The position numbers and the translations under genes are program-made. A stretch of DNA of 45,381 nucleotides, from IMG/VR virus record IMGVR_UViG_3300037589_000199, positions 1-45,381 of that record; one strand, given 5' to 3'. Numbering within the stretch: the first letter of the stretch is position 1; every line of letters starts with the position of its first letter. Source of the stretch: a virus (taxonomy: Duplodnaviria > Caudoviricetes). The notes under the pieces were generated by a model. That model was not told the origin of the DNA and searched no databases. It was given only the letters and a program-made list of their open reading frames with translations. This document shows positions 1-8,954 of this stretch, in pieces.

Positions 1-11
1 ATGGATTTTCG

Positions 12-98
12 TTTCACACAAAATTCACAGAAAGTGTCCAAATCATCTTTAAGAGGTCTTTCACAAGCCCGCATGTCTCCTTTTTTTCACACGAAATT
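12..98 (+). repeat. Direct repeats TTTCACAC(A/G)AAATT (12-25, 85-98) plus partial TTCACA copies; candidate integrase arm-type sites
   Basis: 13/14 identical repeat immediately upstream of the probable integrase start. Confidence 0.45.
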
Positions 99-108
99 TA
101 AAGGAAGT

Positions 109-1266
109 ATGCGGGCTAGTGTTTTATGCAGGATCCGGTCTGACAGACCAAATAAACAGGGATTAGCTCCAGTATACCTTCAAGTAATCATCAACTCAAG
201 TAGAACCACTATCCCATTAGGAGTTAGTTGGGATCTTAATTTTTTTGATAATAAGTCCGGAATTTTCCTTGATCGAAAACGAAATGATCAGGAGGCAAAT
301 GATTATAACATGCTGGTAAAAAAGGAAATCTCAAAAATAAATGAGATTTTCATGTATTACAGGCATTCTGATTTTGAACTTACGATTGATCAATTTCTAA
401 AGGAATTTGAAAGATTTGGAGCAAAGAAAAATTTTATAGATTGGGCTAATTTAGAAATAGAAGAGAGGTTCGAATTAAATAAAATTGCCCTTCAAACTAA
501 GAAAAATTCACTCTCCAACCTTAAAAAAATAAGGGAATGGAAACCTGAAATAAAATTTTCAGAGATTGATTATGGCTTTCTTGAAAACCTCCAGGCTTGG
601 TTAAAAAATGTAAAAGGTTATAAGCTTAACACAGTTGGTGCGATTCTTAAAACCTTAAAGGTTTATGCAAGAATCGCCCATGAATCAGGAATAGCTATTA
701 ATATTGATAGTATATCAAAATTTTCACTCCCTTCAGGGAAATCCAGAATCGTATTCCTCACTGCAGAAGAATTGGAACGGGTAAAGAATTTTTACCAAAG
801 CTCAGAAATCAAACCTTCAGAAAAACGAGTTTTAGGTCAATTTCTATTTTCGTGTAAAACTGGGCTTAGGTTTTCAGATATAGAACGAGTAACCTGGAGA
901 GAAATTGATGGAGAAGTGTTGACTTTCGAACCCTATAAGACTAGGAAAATTGAAAAAAGAGTAAGCATTAGGATAGTGGAAGATGCTTTTCAATATATTG
1001 AAAACCAAAAAGGAAAGCTTTTCAATACTATGGCCATGCAACCAACCAATAGAATACTGAAAGAAATAGCATTTAAGTGTAAAGTTCGAAAAAACCTCAC
1101 AACTCATGTAGCCAGACATACATTTGCTACAGATTTCTTGAGAAGGGGTGGCAAAGTCCAAGTTTTACAGAAACTTCTTGGTCATGCAAAAATGAGCACT
1201 ACCATGATTTACGGCCATGTGGAAGAAAAGGAAATTTTTGACCAAATGCTCATAATGCAAGACTAA
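109..1266 (+). CDS. int: Tyrosine site-specific integrase (arm-binding + SAM-like + catalytic domains)
   Basis: TGLRFSD, HVARHTFAT, LLGH...TTMIY catalytic motifs; N-terminus (GLAPVYLQVII) typical of Bacteroidota arm-binding domains; ATG 109 preferred over 1. Confidence 0.95.
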   Translation: MRASVLCRIRSDRPNKQGLAPVYLQVIINSSRTTIPLGVSWDLNFFDNKSGIFLDRKRNDQEANDYNMLVKKEISKINEIFMYYRHSDFELTIDQFLKEFERFGAKKNFIDWANLEIEERFELNKIALQTKKNSLSNLKKIREWKPEIKFSEIDYGFLENLQAWLKNVKGYKLNTVGAILKTLKVYARIAHESGIAINIDSISKFSLPSGKSRIVFLTAEELERVKNFYQSSEIKPSEKRVLGQFLFSCKTGLRFSDIERVTWREIDGEVLTFEPYKTRKIEKRVSIRIVEDAFQYIENQKGKLFNTMAMQPTNRILKEIAFKCKVRKNLTTHVARHTFATDFLRRGGKVQVLQKLLGHAKMSTTMIYGHVEEKEIFDQMLIMQD

Positions 1267-1721
1267 ATATTCTGCAAATCATAAACTTCCTGCATATTGG
1301 CCACAAGTGCACTGTACACTTTAGCAGCTAGTGTATTGCCTTGAAAGGTTGCTGCAGGAAGGTTTTGCCAATACTGCAGCTGGGTGATACTGCCTTCCGG
1401 ATAAATTCCATTTTCATTAGGATGTACAAAAAAACCCGTCTCCGGATCAACCATGGAACCTCGGGTGGTACTGGACCAAATACGGGTTTTGAATACCTCG
1501 GAATCATTTCTTTTTTGCGATTCTGATAGTAATGGATCATTGGCAATTACCTCTAGAACCGGCTTATCGAAATCACCATTTTCGTCTTTAGTCCAGAACT
1601 CAATCCTGATATATGCTCTCATCTCGAGGTCTTTCTCTATTTCCAACTTGTCATGCACTAGCTTGATTAGGTAGTCAGAATGTCTGTGTTTGATCTTGGT
1701 AGGGTTGGATAGTGTGTTCAT
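1263..1721 (-). CDS. Hypothetical phage protein (possible fibre assembly/chaperone)
   Basis: 152 aa ORF coupled by ATGA overlap to the upstream fibre gene. Confidence 0.7.
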   Translation of the reverse strand: MNTLSNPTKIKHRHSDYLIKLVHDKLEIEKDLEMRAYIRIEFWTKDENGDFDKPVLEVIANDPLLSESQKRNDSEVFKTRIWSSTTRGSMVDPETGFFVHPNENGIYPEGSITQLQYWQNLPAATFQGNTLAAKVYSALVANMQEVYDLQNI

Positions 1722-2578
1722 GATGTTTGTCCTCCGTCTGTAATTGTCCAGTTATAGTTAGTTATTATTGAAGCTCTAGAAGCTGCGGCTGCAGCTGTAT
1801 ATTCCACCGAACCCATTGTTAATTTCACGCCATTATTGAGCGATTGTCCAGCAAGGGAATTGAGGAATAAATCATAATTTGTCGTTGAAAAAGAAGTTGT
1901 ATTATTCATAAAGCCTAAACATGAGATAGCACTTTCAAAAGAAAGTCCGGAAACATCTTGATTGAAATCATAACACCTATTGAGCATATTCACAAAGGAG
2001 GAAAATAAAGATGTGTCCCAATTATTAATGGATGCATTGAAATTCTCACACCAAAAGAAACACCTTAACCCTGATGTTTGATTTGAAACATCCCAATCAT
2101 TCATTGAAGGAGAACCCGTAAAAGCAGTACACCCTCTAAACATGTCCACAAGAATCCTATTATACTTACTCAAATCAGGCACATCAGAAGCCGACAATTG
2201 AAGATTTTCGCAGCCATAAAAAGCAGATGTTCCAAGAAACGAACATTTTCCCCACTGTGAAATGTTTAAAATTTTCAATCTATCCCTAGTATTACCAAAT
2301 CGGAAATCATGGATTTTACCATAAACCTTGATAGTATATATCCCTCCTGAGCTATAGGTATGCGTTGCATTAACATCATCGAATGATGTAATTCTGCTAT
2401 GATTCCCATCTCCCCAGTCTACCAAAAGATTATACCCTTCCCCTGAAGACCTTAGAGGTAGCTGTATGGTAGATACCGGAGAGCTTCCGCTACTTATATT
2501 TTCTGTATTCCATTCCGAAATAAACGGGGTCTGTTGAGCGGCTAGGGTTGATCTGAAAAATTGATTAACCGTCCTCAT
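1718..2578 (-). CDS. PKD-like + DUF285/BspA-like repeat protein, probable receptor-binding/tail fibre
   Basis: VDWGDG...HTYSSGGIYTI PKD motif; repeats WDVS, FNASINNWDTS, FNQDVS; end of tail operon. Confidence 0.75.
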   Translation of the reverse strand: MRTVNQFFRSTLAAQQTPFISEWNTENISSGSSPVSTIQLPLRSSGEGYNLLVDWGDGNHSRITSFDDVNATHTYSSGGIYTIKVYGKIHDFRFGNTRDRLKILNISQWGKCSFLGTSAFYGCENLQLSASDVPDLSKYNRILVDMFRGCTAFTGSPSMNDWDVSNQTSGLRCFFWCENFNASINNWDTSLFSSFVNMLNRCYDFNQDVSGLSFESAISCLGFMNNTTSFSTTNYDLFLNSLAGQSLNNGVKLTMGSVEYTAAAAASRASIITNYNWTITDGGQTS

Positions 2579-4848
2579 AGCAGGTCCTGGGTAATGGTGT
2601 AATTAACTGCTTTTACGTCTCCGGAACTATCCTTGTCTATGATGAAAAGGTAGTAATTGTCTTCATCTTTAAAATACTCGCCGGATAGCAGCCGTTTACC
2701 TACTCCTGCCGGTGTGATGATGGTTGGTTCGGTGCTGTCGTTATGAAGTACTTTGGCCATGTTGCTATCATCTGCATAGGCGATGGCGATGGTGAGATTA
2801 CCTGTAATAGGCGTGCCTGACAGCCCATAGGCCCGAGGTTTGTCAAACTTGATGGTATTACCGATGGATGGGACGTAGGACTTACCATTCCAGGAATGGT
2901 AGGCATCGCCAGCCGGAAGGGCTGCATAGCCTTGATTGTCTAGCAAACTATCATCCTTTACATTGTTGGTTTTGACTCCGAGGTAGTTGAAAGTAACGGT
3001 CTGGAAGTAGGCGGTCTTTCGGACGTAGATCGATGCCTGGGTAGCTGAAGTCTGGACTATCACGAAGTCGCCTGACTTGGTGCTGATGTCCCTGGTCTGA
3101 ATGCTGATCCTGTCGGGATCTATCTCGGTATCGGAGGCTCTGGTAACGAAATTGACCAATAACATACCATTGAGCGGGCGGGTGTCAAATTCTGAATAGC
3201 TTGATGCCCAACCGACAAAAGAAAGTTTAAAGTCATAATAGGTGTTCTGACTTAAGGTCTGCCTCCATATCAAGGCAAACTCATTTGTTCTCCCAGTTTG
3301 GTTTTTAGTCTCAGGATCCACCTCATCCACTGGTGTGATAATAGCTTCCCCAGTATTTAATCTTAAAATAACATGGAGAGCCATTTCACCATTGGGCGGG
3401 TTTGGAATGACAGGGTCCTCATCTGGAGCACCGGCTTGATACCCAACTGTACTGGATGGTTGGGTGTATATTATATCAAACCTACTATACGGATCATCAG
3501 GAGCATCATTAAGTATTACAGGTCCTGAATAATTATAAACAATTCCATTCCTTACCCAGGAAGCCCCGTTTATTGTACCTGAGGTAGGGCTATTGATTTC
3601 AAAGCTACCAGAAGTAATTACCCTGTCTCCATTCGGTATTTCTAATTCATTTCTGAGAAAATCCAAAATAACAGAAAACGAAAGCCCATGCCAATCCTGC
3701 TTTCCGGCAACCTGTACCGGAAAAATGGCGTCTGTTGGGTCTTCGAGCATTGGGAAGAGCCACATTCGTGGGACCAAATAATAAAGTTCCTGGTCCGGCC
3801 CTACGATAACGAGCACATTGGAAGGCTGCTCTTCTATCCAATCCAGGTATATGACTTGGCGCGTATATACATAAGTAAAATCAAATGCGATAAGGTCATA
3901 CTGAGCTGCCTCGAAGCTAGGCTCTCTGGTGAGTATTCGCTTAAGCTCTACACCGTCCAAGTGGTACTTTTGGAAACTGGAAAAGAAATCCTGAGACCAG
4001 AAAAGCTGCTTTCTGCTACGGAAGTAGCCGGTATTCTTTTCATAAGCTTTGTCCGGATTGACCTCGTACTCATGTTCGTATTCGTCAAAGAAAAGCCCTG
4101 AATCAAACTGCTGACTATTTAGTAGGGTCTTTTGTCCTGTGAAGCGGATGGTATCAATGGCTCCAAGGCTATTTTCAAAAACGAAAAGATCATTGTGCTC
4201 AAAGAAATTGTCTGTAAGTACATAACGCTGGTACCAAGTGTTTTCTCCACCTTCTCCATCTTCTACCCAAACGTCGAAGTACAGAGGCTGCTCCTCAAAG
4301 AGGGCGTGCATCTTTTCGAAGGATACATTGATAGTGCTGAGCTGATCTGCCGGGAGGGTGTAGGCCGTGGCTGTGCTGTCGGTATTGTCCTGGAAATAGC
4401 CTTTTACCTTCACCTCTAGTGCCTGCTGGGCGTAATAGCTGAGATACTCGGGATCAAAGTACTTGACCTGCTTGATCTGTGGCTGCCAAGTGAGCCAGTT
4501 GAGTGTGAGGAAATCTGAGGTTGTGAAATTTTTTCTATCCACACCTCCCTTAATAGCCCTGAAGGTAACCTCGGTGCCGTCTATATCACATACAATATCA
4601 GCCACTGCGTCGGCTTGATTGTATAGGTCTGCATCCGGTATGCGAACACTGAGTTGCTTTTCTATAAGATGCTTGAGCGTGATGCTGATATTGCCATCTG
4701 CATCTGCAGTGTAGTATTCCTCTAATATGTCAGTGCCGTCCATTGATATGGTGACATCATGCCCCGGATCTGAGGTCGTGAGGAGAATATCAGGGATATT
4801 GCCGGCAAAGCAGAGTGCTAAAGGTACCTGTGTGACAGTGATGGCCAT
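2575..4848 (-). CDS. Phage tail structural protein with C-terminal fibre-like region
   Basis: 757 aa beta-rich ORF; FENSLGAIDTIRFTG resembles a motif in Bacteroidota phage tail proteins; position. Confidence 0.65.
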   Translation of the reverse strand: MAITVTQVPLALCFAGNIPDILLTTSDPGHDVTISMDGTDILEEYYTADADGNISITLKHLIEKQLSVRIPDADLYNQADAVADIVCDIDGTEVTFRAIKGGVDRKNFTTSDFLTLNWLTWQPQIKQVKYFDPEYLSYYAQQALEVKVKGYFQDNTDSTATAYTLPADQLSTINVSFEKMHALFEEQPLYFDVWVEDGEGGENTWYQRYVLTDNFFEHNDLFVFENSLGAIDTIRFTGQKTLLNSQQFDSGLFFDEYEHEYEVNPDKAYEKNTGYFRSRKQLFWSQDFFSSFQKYHLDGVELKRILTREPSFEAAQYDLIAFDFTYVYTRQVIYLDWIEEQPSNVLVIVGPDQELYYLVPRMWLFPMLEDPTDAIFPVQVAGKQDWHGLSFSVILDFLRNELEIPNGDRVITSGSFEINSPTSGTINGASWVRNGIVYNYSGPVILNDAPDDPYSRFDIIYTQPSSTVGYQAGAPDEDPVIPNPPNGEMALHVILRLNTGEAIITPVDEVDPETKNQTGRTNEFALIWRQTLSQNTYYDFKLSFVGWASSYSEFDTRPLNGMLLVNFVTRASDTEIDPDRISIQTRDISTKSGDFVIVQTSATQASIYVRKTAYFQTVTFNYLGVKTNNVKDDSLLDNQGYAALPAGDAYHSWNGKSYVPSIGNTIKFDKPRAYGLSGTPITGNLTIAIAYADDSNMAKVLHNDSTEPTIITPAGVGKRLLSGEYFKDEDNYYLFIIDKDSSGDVKAVNYTITQDLL

Positions 4849-4849
4849 G

Positions 4850-5353
4850 CTAAAATAATTTGAATTTTGATAAAATCCTGAGACCTGCTATGACTATAAG
4901 TAAGGCTACTGCAATGCTTATGTATAGCCAAAAATTTGGCTTTCGATTGACTTCCCTGTCTACCTTGTCAGAAGCTCTTTCGTATGATGCGGCGCTGTCT
5001 AGTTGTGAAAAAGATGCTGTGCTGTCTGAGGCGGTAAAATCTACTTTGGTGTGATCTTCCTGCCTGGAACTATCCCGATGGAGGATGCTAACCGCTGATG
5101 CTTCGCCCTCAAAGCTGCCATCAGGTGAAATTCTGAAAGTTCCCCTGGGAACAATGTCAATTAAGGATTCGAAGTAGTCGAGTCGGAGACGTTCCTGATT
5201 GAGACTCCCCTTGGTTTGATTTGCTTTTTCATGGCCTTGGATTTGATGGTATTGGTTTGTTGAAACGCTGTGATCTTTCGACCTAGTAATACCCTTCTTG
5301 CTGGTGCAAGAAAGGAAGCAGTATATAAGCGATATGATAAAAATTATTCTCAT
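4850..5353 (-). CDS. Lipoprotein with C-terminal TM helix; putative unimolecular spanin
   Basis: Lipobox FLS-C after a hydrophobic signal; C-terminal TM (FWLYISIAVALLIVIAGL); directly after endolysin. Confidence 0.7.
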   Translation of the reverse strand: MRIIFIISLIYCFLSCTSKKGITRSKDHSVSTNQYHQIQGHEKANQTKGSLNQERLRLDYFESLIDIVPRGTFRISPDGSFEGEASAVSILHRDSSRQEDHTKVDFTASDSTASFSQLDSAASYERASDKVDREVNRKPNFWLYISIAVALLIVIAGLRILSKFKLF

Positions 5354-5775
5354 TGTGAGATTATGATTTTAAACTGGTCCGGAAGTAAGCTGATCAATTT
5401 GTTTTTGGTCTTGATGGAATTTATCACGTCCGGGAGATGGTCTCCATCTATGTCCATCAGCTTGTTTCCTACTGCTATGCATCCCCTGAGCTCATGCACA
5501 TGGTTGGCTTCATGAATAAGGATGTAATCACGATTTGGAACATCTAATATGTGGAAGTGCCTACCGATTGTTTCGCTTTTTCTCTTCTTTGCCTTGTAGA
5601 TACCTGCAGGAATACAAGAAATATTCCTTTGGTTTTCTTTCCAAGGAAGCTCTAAGGTAAAACAGGTGAAAAGAATGGCATTAAACTCATCCTTAACCAA
5701 GAGTTTGCCTATAATCTGTTTATCAGAGACCTGGTTCCTGATCAGAATTAATGTGTTGTACTGATTTTTCTCCAT
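5350..5775 (-). CDS. DUF5675-like putative endolysin (L,D-transpeptidase-like)
   Basis: TLELPW...SCIPAGIY...ILIHEAN...LRGCIAVG motif; between holin and spanin; start MEKNQ at 5775 preferred. Confidence 0.75.
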   Translation of the reverse strand: MEKNQYNTLILIRNQVSDKQIIGKLLVKDEFNAILFTCFTLELPWKENQRNISCIPAGIYKAKKRKSETIGRHFHILDVPNRDYILIHEANHVHELRGCIAVGNKLMDIDGDHLPDVINSIKTKNKLISLLPDQFKIIISQ

Positions 5776-6304
5776 CTTGGCTGGTAAAATTCTGGGTAAG
5801 GTGTGTAAGATCACCGGTCTCATTGAAGCCCTTAAGCCGCTTTAGGATAAAGACCGGGACCAGTTTTTTGGAGACTTTACCCGCATTGGTAAGTACTGAT
5901 ATGGCTTCTTTGATAAGTATGGCAATGTATATGATGAACTTGAGGTATTCTCCGCCCGACATGGTTTGACCCGAAACAGTGAAGTTCTCTAAAACATGCC
6001 CCACTATAAGACAAGAACTATAAACAATCATTTTAATGAGGATATCTCCAAATTTTTCTTTTTCCACTTCCCTTTTAAATATGGCTAAGCCAAACCCTAA
6101 AACAGTATCAAGGCTTACTAGAACTGCAAGCCACATAAGGTAATCGAAATCATTAAAAATATAGGTCTGGAAAAAGGTGAATAGGGGAATTGTAATTATT
6201 GCCCACTTTCCCTTATCCAGTAAATCTACCAGAATGTCCCTCGTTTGTTGAAATACGTGGATATTCATTAGCCTGTGTGATTTATTGATAGCCTGTTGAG
6301 CCAT
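5723..6304 (-). CDS. Phage holin (holin_4-like)
   Basis: Several TM segments; LDTVLG and EAISVLTNAGK motifs; alternative start at 6268. Confidence 0.75.
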   Translation of the reverse strand: MAQQAINKSHRLMNIHVFQQTRDILVDLLDKGKWAIITIPLFTFFQTYIFNDFDYLMWLAVLVSLDTVLGFGLAIFKREVEKEKFGDILIKMIVYSSCLIVGHVLENFTVSGQTMSGGEYLKFIIYIAILIKEAISVLTNAGKVSKKLVPVFILKRLKGFNETGDLTHLTQNFTSQDGEKSVQHINSDQEPGL

Positions 6305-6328
6305 TATAGAATATTGTTAATTTCAGTT

Positions 6329-6364
6329 CTAAAGTAGCCGGAAGTGGGTTGAAACCAAAGGACA
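6329..6364 (-). promoter_or_regulatory. Putative phage late promoter TGTCCTTT-N20-TACTTTAG (lysis/fibre operon)
   Basis: One of five identically spaced copies, all upstream of minus-strand operon starts. Confidence 0.7.
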
Positions 6365-6391
6365 AAAAAAATCCCCTGGAATTCCAGGGGA
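6364..6391 (-). terminator. Rho-independent terminator
   Basis: Perfect palindrome TCCCCTGGAATTCCAGGGGA followed by T8 on the minus strand. Confidence 0.75.
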
Positions 6392-6422
6392 AGCTAATTC
6401 TATTCAAATTTCTTTGGATAAA

Positions 6423-6605
6423 TTAAGAGAGTGACACAAGTTGCCCACTTTCATCTTTTACACTAAAAGGCTCCAATCCAGTAATGGATTTTACCTCCAG
6501 ATTTAATTGCTTTACCTCTTGTAAATTGGGTGTTTCAATTCTATAGGTAATAAAATAACACCTTTGGAGATTTTTCTTTTTTTTTAATGGCTTTTTGTTG
6601 AGCAT
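6423..6605 (-). CDS. Small basic protein (60 aa, MLNKKPLKKKK...)
   Basis: ATG at 6605 preceded by AT-rich leader and own promoter; ORF track start at 6683 probably over-extended. Confidence 0.55.
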   Translation of the reverse strand: MLNKKPLKKKKNLQRCYFITYRIETPNLQEVKQLNLEVKSITGLEPFSVKDESGQLVSLS

Positions 6606-6772
6606 AACAATAAAATTAAAAGGATCCCAGCGGCTGCTCAACAAAAGCCAAACGTATTGTACGAAGGATTGATGCCGCTCCAAACGGCTCCGCCGGGATT
6701 TATCCTATTTCTAGCATAAAATTGACTTCTGTACATAGTAAACATTTAACTTTTGTGAGCACCACAAAATTA
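6589..6772 (-). promoter_or_regulatory. Host-type -7 box TAATTTTG (6772-6765) plus structured 5' leader able to sequester the ATG
   Basis: Complementary segments at 6750-6761, 6635-6649 and 6589-6604; stem 6690-6699/6624-6633. Confidence 0.6.
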
Positions 6773-6806
6773 TTAAATATTACAATAATAAAAAGCATTA
6801 CCCTGC

Positions 6807-8954
6807 TTAACTCAAACAAGTAGCATCCGAAGAACATGTTCCGCCGGTAGTGACAGTTACGCCCAGAATAGGGTCTATTAGGATACCATCTACCTTTAGC
6901 ACCGGGGCTGAAACAGAGCAAATGGCTACAGTGATGATAAAACCTTCCTGGGTGTAGAAATAAGAGTTCCAAGACCTTTCCTCCTGCTCTGCCCCCGGTC
7001 TCTGCCGCTGTACGGTGAGTGTTTGGGATTCGGTATCGAATACTTCAGTGTCTATCTCGATGGTGTAGCAGTCGCCAAGCTCGGGACCTATACCGCCTCC
7101 AGAACTGTCGGCAGATTCATGTCCGTCGAAGATTCCTTCGATGTCTGACTCAATCAAATCTATGGATGCAGGCTCGATCTTGCGCTGACGGATGGTGAGC
7201 TCGATCTTTTCGATAAGGAAGTTGACTCCCCGCAGGTGGACTTTTTTACTCATGTCCATGTTCTTGATATCTAGGGCACTGAGCGTGAAAAGACTACTTA
7301 CCTTTTTCTTTTTTGCCTGCATATAGTTCATATAGGCACGATGGTACAAATTAATCAAGCCGTATGGTCCCTCCCACTCTAGGGAGAGTCCTCCCTGACG
7401 CTCTCCATAAGCATTGTAGTTATGCGGAGCCATTAATGGGTATCGGTTAGGGTTGTTTTCAGACCCTCCGGGAAGTTCGGTGTGCGTATCTTGCAGACCG
7501 TGAAAAAGACCTATATGCAGCTTGTCCGGACGAAGGAGTCTGTCACCCTCCCATACAGGTACATACCAGGAACCAAACTTGATACCGGCATCATCATAAT
7601 GATCTGCCCAGTATTCTTTAATAGACATGGTGACCGGTACCATGTTTGATTTCATCTCGAAACCTGAGGTACCCTCACCCCTGCCCATGGCTGAGCCTAT
7701 AAGTTCATAATCAAATCTATCGGGAGTCCCAGAATTTGCCTTCTCTCGAAGGATCTTCTTGTAAGCCTCCTTGGTGGATGTGACGTAAATCTCCAGATCT
7801 TCCTCTCCACCCATAGGATACTGAAACATCTGGTGGATGGTGCTGACTACATTGTCATAGTCTGAAGGGTTAATATCCGGAACAGCTTCCGCATAACCGT
7901 ATGTATAGGTCTGGCCTTCCTGATCAGAGAGGGTAAGCCTTCCTATCTGTTTACCTGACCAGTTTACGGAATCGGTACCTGCAAGTACTGCCTCATTAGA
8001 CCGGACCCTGAAGCGATTGCCGGCAGGATAGAGAGAATGACAAATTAATTTGAGTGATTCTTTGATAAGGTCGTTTGCAGGGAGCTGAGGGAGAAATGAA
8101 TTGAGATAGAAATACCCTTCATTTTCATACAAATCGCTAGGGTACACATCAAGCAACATGGACTGATAACCGCTGTACCCCATTCTTTCCTTCCAGCGTG
8201 GATGAAAGGTACTGAGGAGAGTAAGTCGCTTAAGGTCTCCGGAAGCGAAAGGGTTTTGGTCCAGGCTATTCCCAAAGAAATGGTCGAAGATGTACCATAT
8301 CTTAACAGCAGGGAAAACAATGGTGTGAGCTGTATTGACATCGTCAAAAAGCATGTACTCCTCATCCCTGGCATTAAAGAAATTGAAGTACATAAGATTG
8401 GCCGCCAGATTTCCACCCCATTCCGGGACAATTGCTTGATTTTCGAGCCTTGGCCACTTGATATCCTTGACGGCTACCGGTGGCGCCACGAACTTGGCAT
8501 CCGGATTGGATAGCGTGCCTTGGATGGTCTCTCTATAGAAATATCCGTAAAAATCTGTGGAATAAAAATCATGAGAATCCCTCTCTCCGCCAAAGTTGAA
8601 CTGCTCCATCTCTACATCGGGGAGGGATTTTCGCATTTCATCAGTGATGACAGAGCCACGAAAAAAGCACTTAATATTCTTCTCGAACTCCTGAACTACA
8701 AGTACCCCTGTGAGAATCTTGACTGTGGAGAAATAGATGTCGAACCCTTCGTATTCTTTGAAAGCTCCGTAAGTGTTAATTCTGTTTGGATGCAGGAATA
8801 GGTTAAGGTTGTGCCTGGTGGCCGGAAGCTCAAAGTTAAGGGAATGGGTGGAAGGAATCCGATCATTGTAGAAGAAAGGATTTTCATATATTAGATTGAG
8901 AGCGATGTCCGGGTTGTAATTAACGGGTACACCTTTGAGCAACATCTTAAGCAT
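6807..8954 (-). CDS. Phage tail protein (distal tail/hub-like) with C-terminal Cys-containing extension
   Basis: Immediately downstream of tape measure; YENPFF...HSLNFELPATRHN N-terminus typical of such tail proteins. Confidence 0.7.
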   Translation of the reverse strand: MLKMLLKGVPVNYNPDIALNLIYENPFFYNDRIPSTHSLNFELPATRHNLNLFLHPNRINTYGAFKEYEGFDIYFSTVKILTGVLVVQEFEKNIKCFFRGSVITDEMRKSLPDVEMEQFNFGGERDSHDFYSTDFYGYFYRETIQGTLSNPDAKFVAPPVAVKDIKWPRLENQAIVPEWGGNLAANLMYFNFFNARDEEYMLFDDVNTAHTIVFPAVKIWYIFDHFFGNSLDQNPFASGDLKRLTLLSTFHPRWKERMGYSGYQSMLLDVYPSDLYENEGYFYLNSFLPQLPANDLIKESLKLICHSLYPAGNRFRVRSNEAVLAGTDSVNWSGKQIGRLTLSDQEGQTYTYGYAEAVPDINPSDYDNVVSTIHQMFQYPMGGEEDLEIYVTSTKEAYKKILREKANSGTPDRFDYELIGSAMGRGEGTSGFEMKSNMVPVTMSIKEYWADHYDDAGIKFGSWYVPVWEGDRLLRPDKLHIGLFHGLQDTHTELPGGSENNPNRYPLMAPHNYNAYGERQGGLSLEWEGPYGLINLYHRAYMNYMQAKKKKVSSLFTLSALDIKNMDMSKKVHLRGVNFLIEKIELTIRQRKIEPASIDLIESDIEGIFDGHESADSSGGGIGPELGDCYTIEIDTEVFDTESQTLTVQRQRPGAEQEERSWNSYFYTQEGFIITVAICSVSAPVLKVDGILIDPILGVTVTTGGTCSSDATCLS

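Noticed and set aside
109-1266. Integrase as the integron integrase for the cassettes
   Set aside because: Has a phage arm-binding domain, lacks the IntI-specific insertion, and is 36 kb away
6700-6972. 90-aa ORF
   Set aside because: Overlaps the tail gene end and a promoter/leader region
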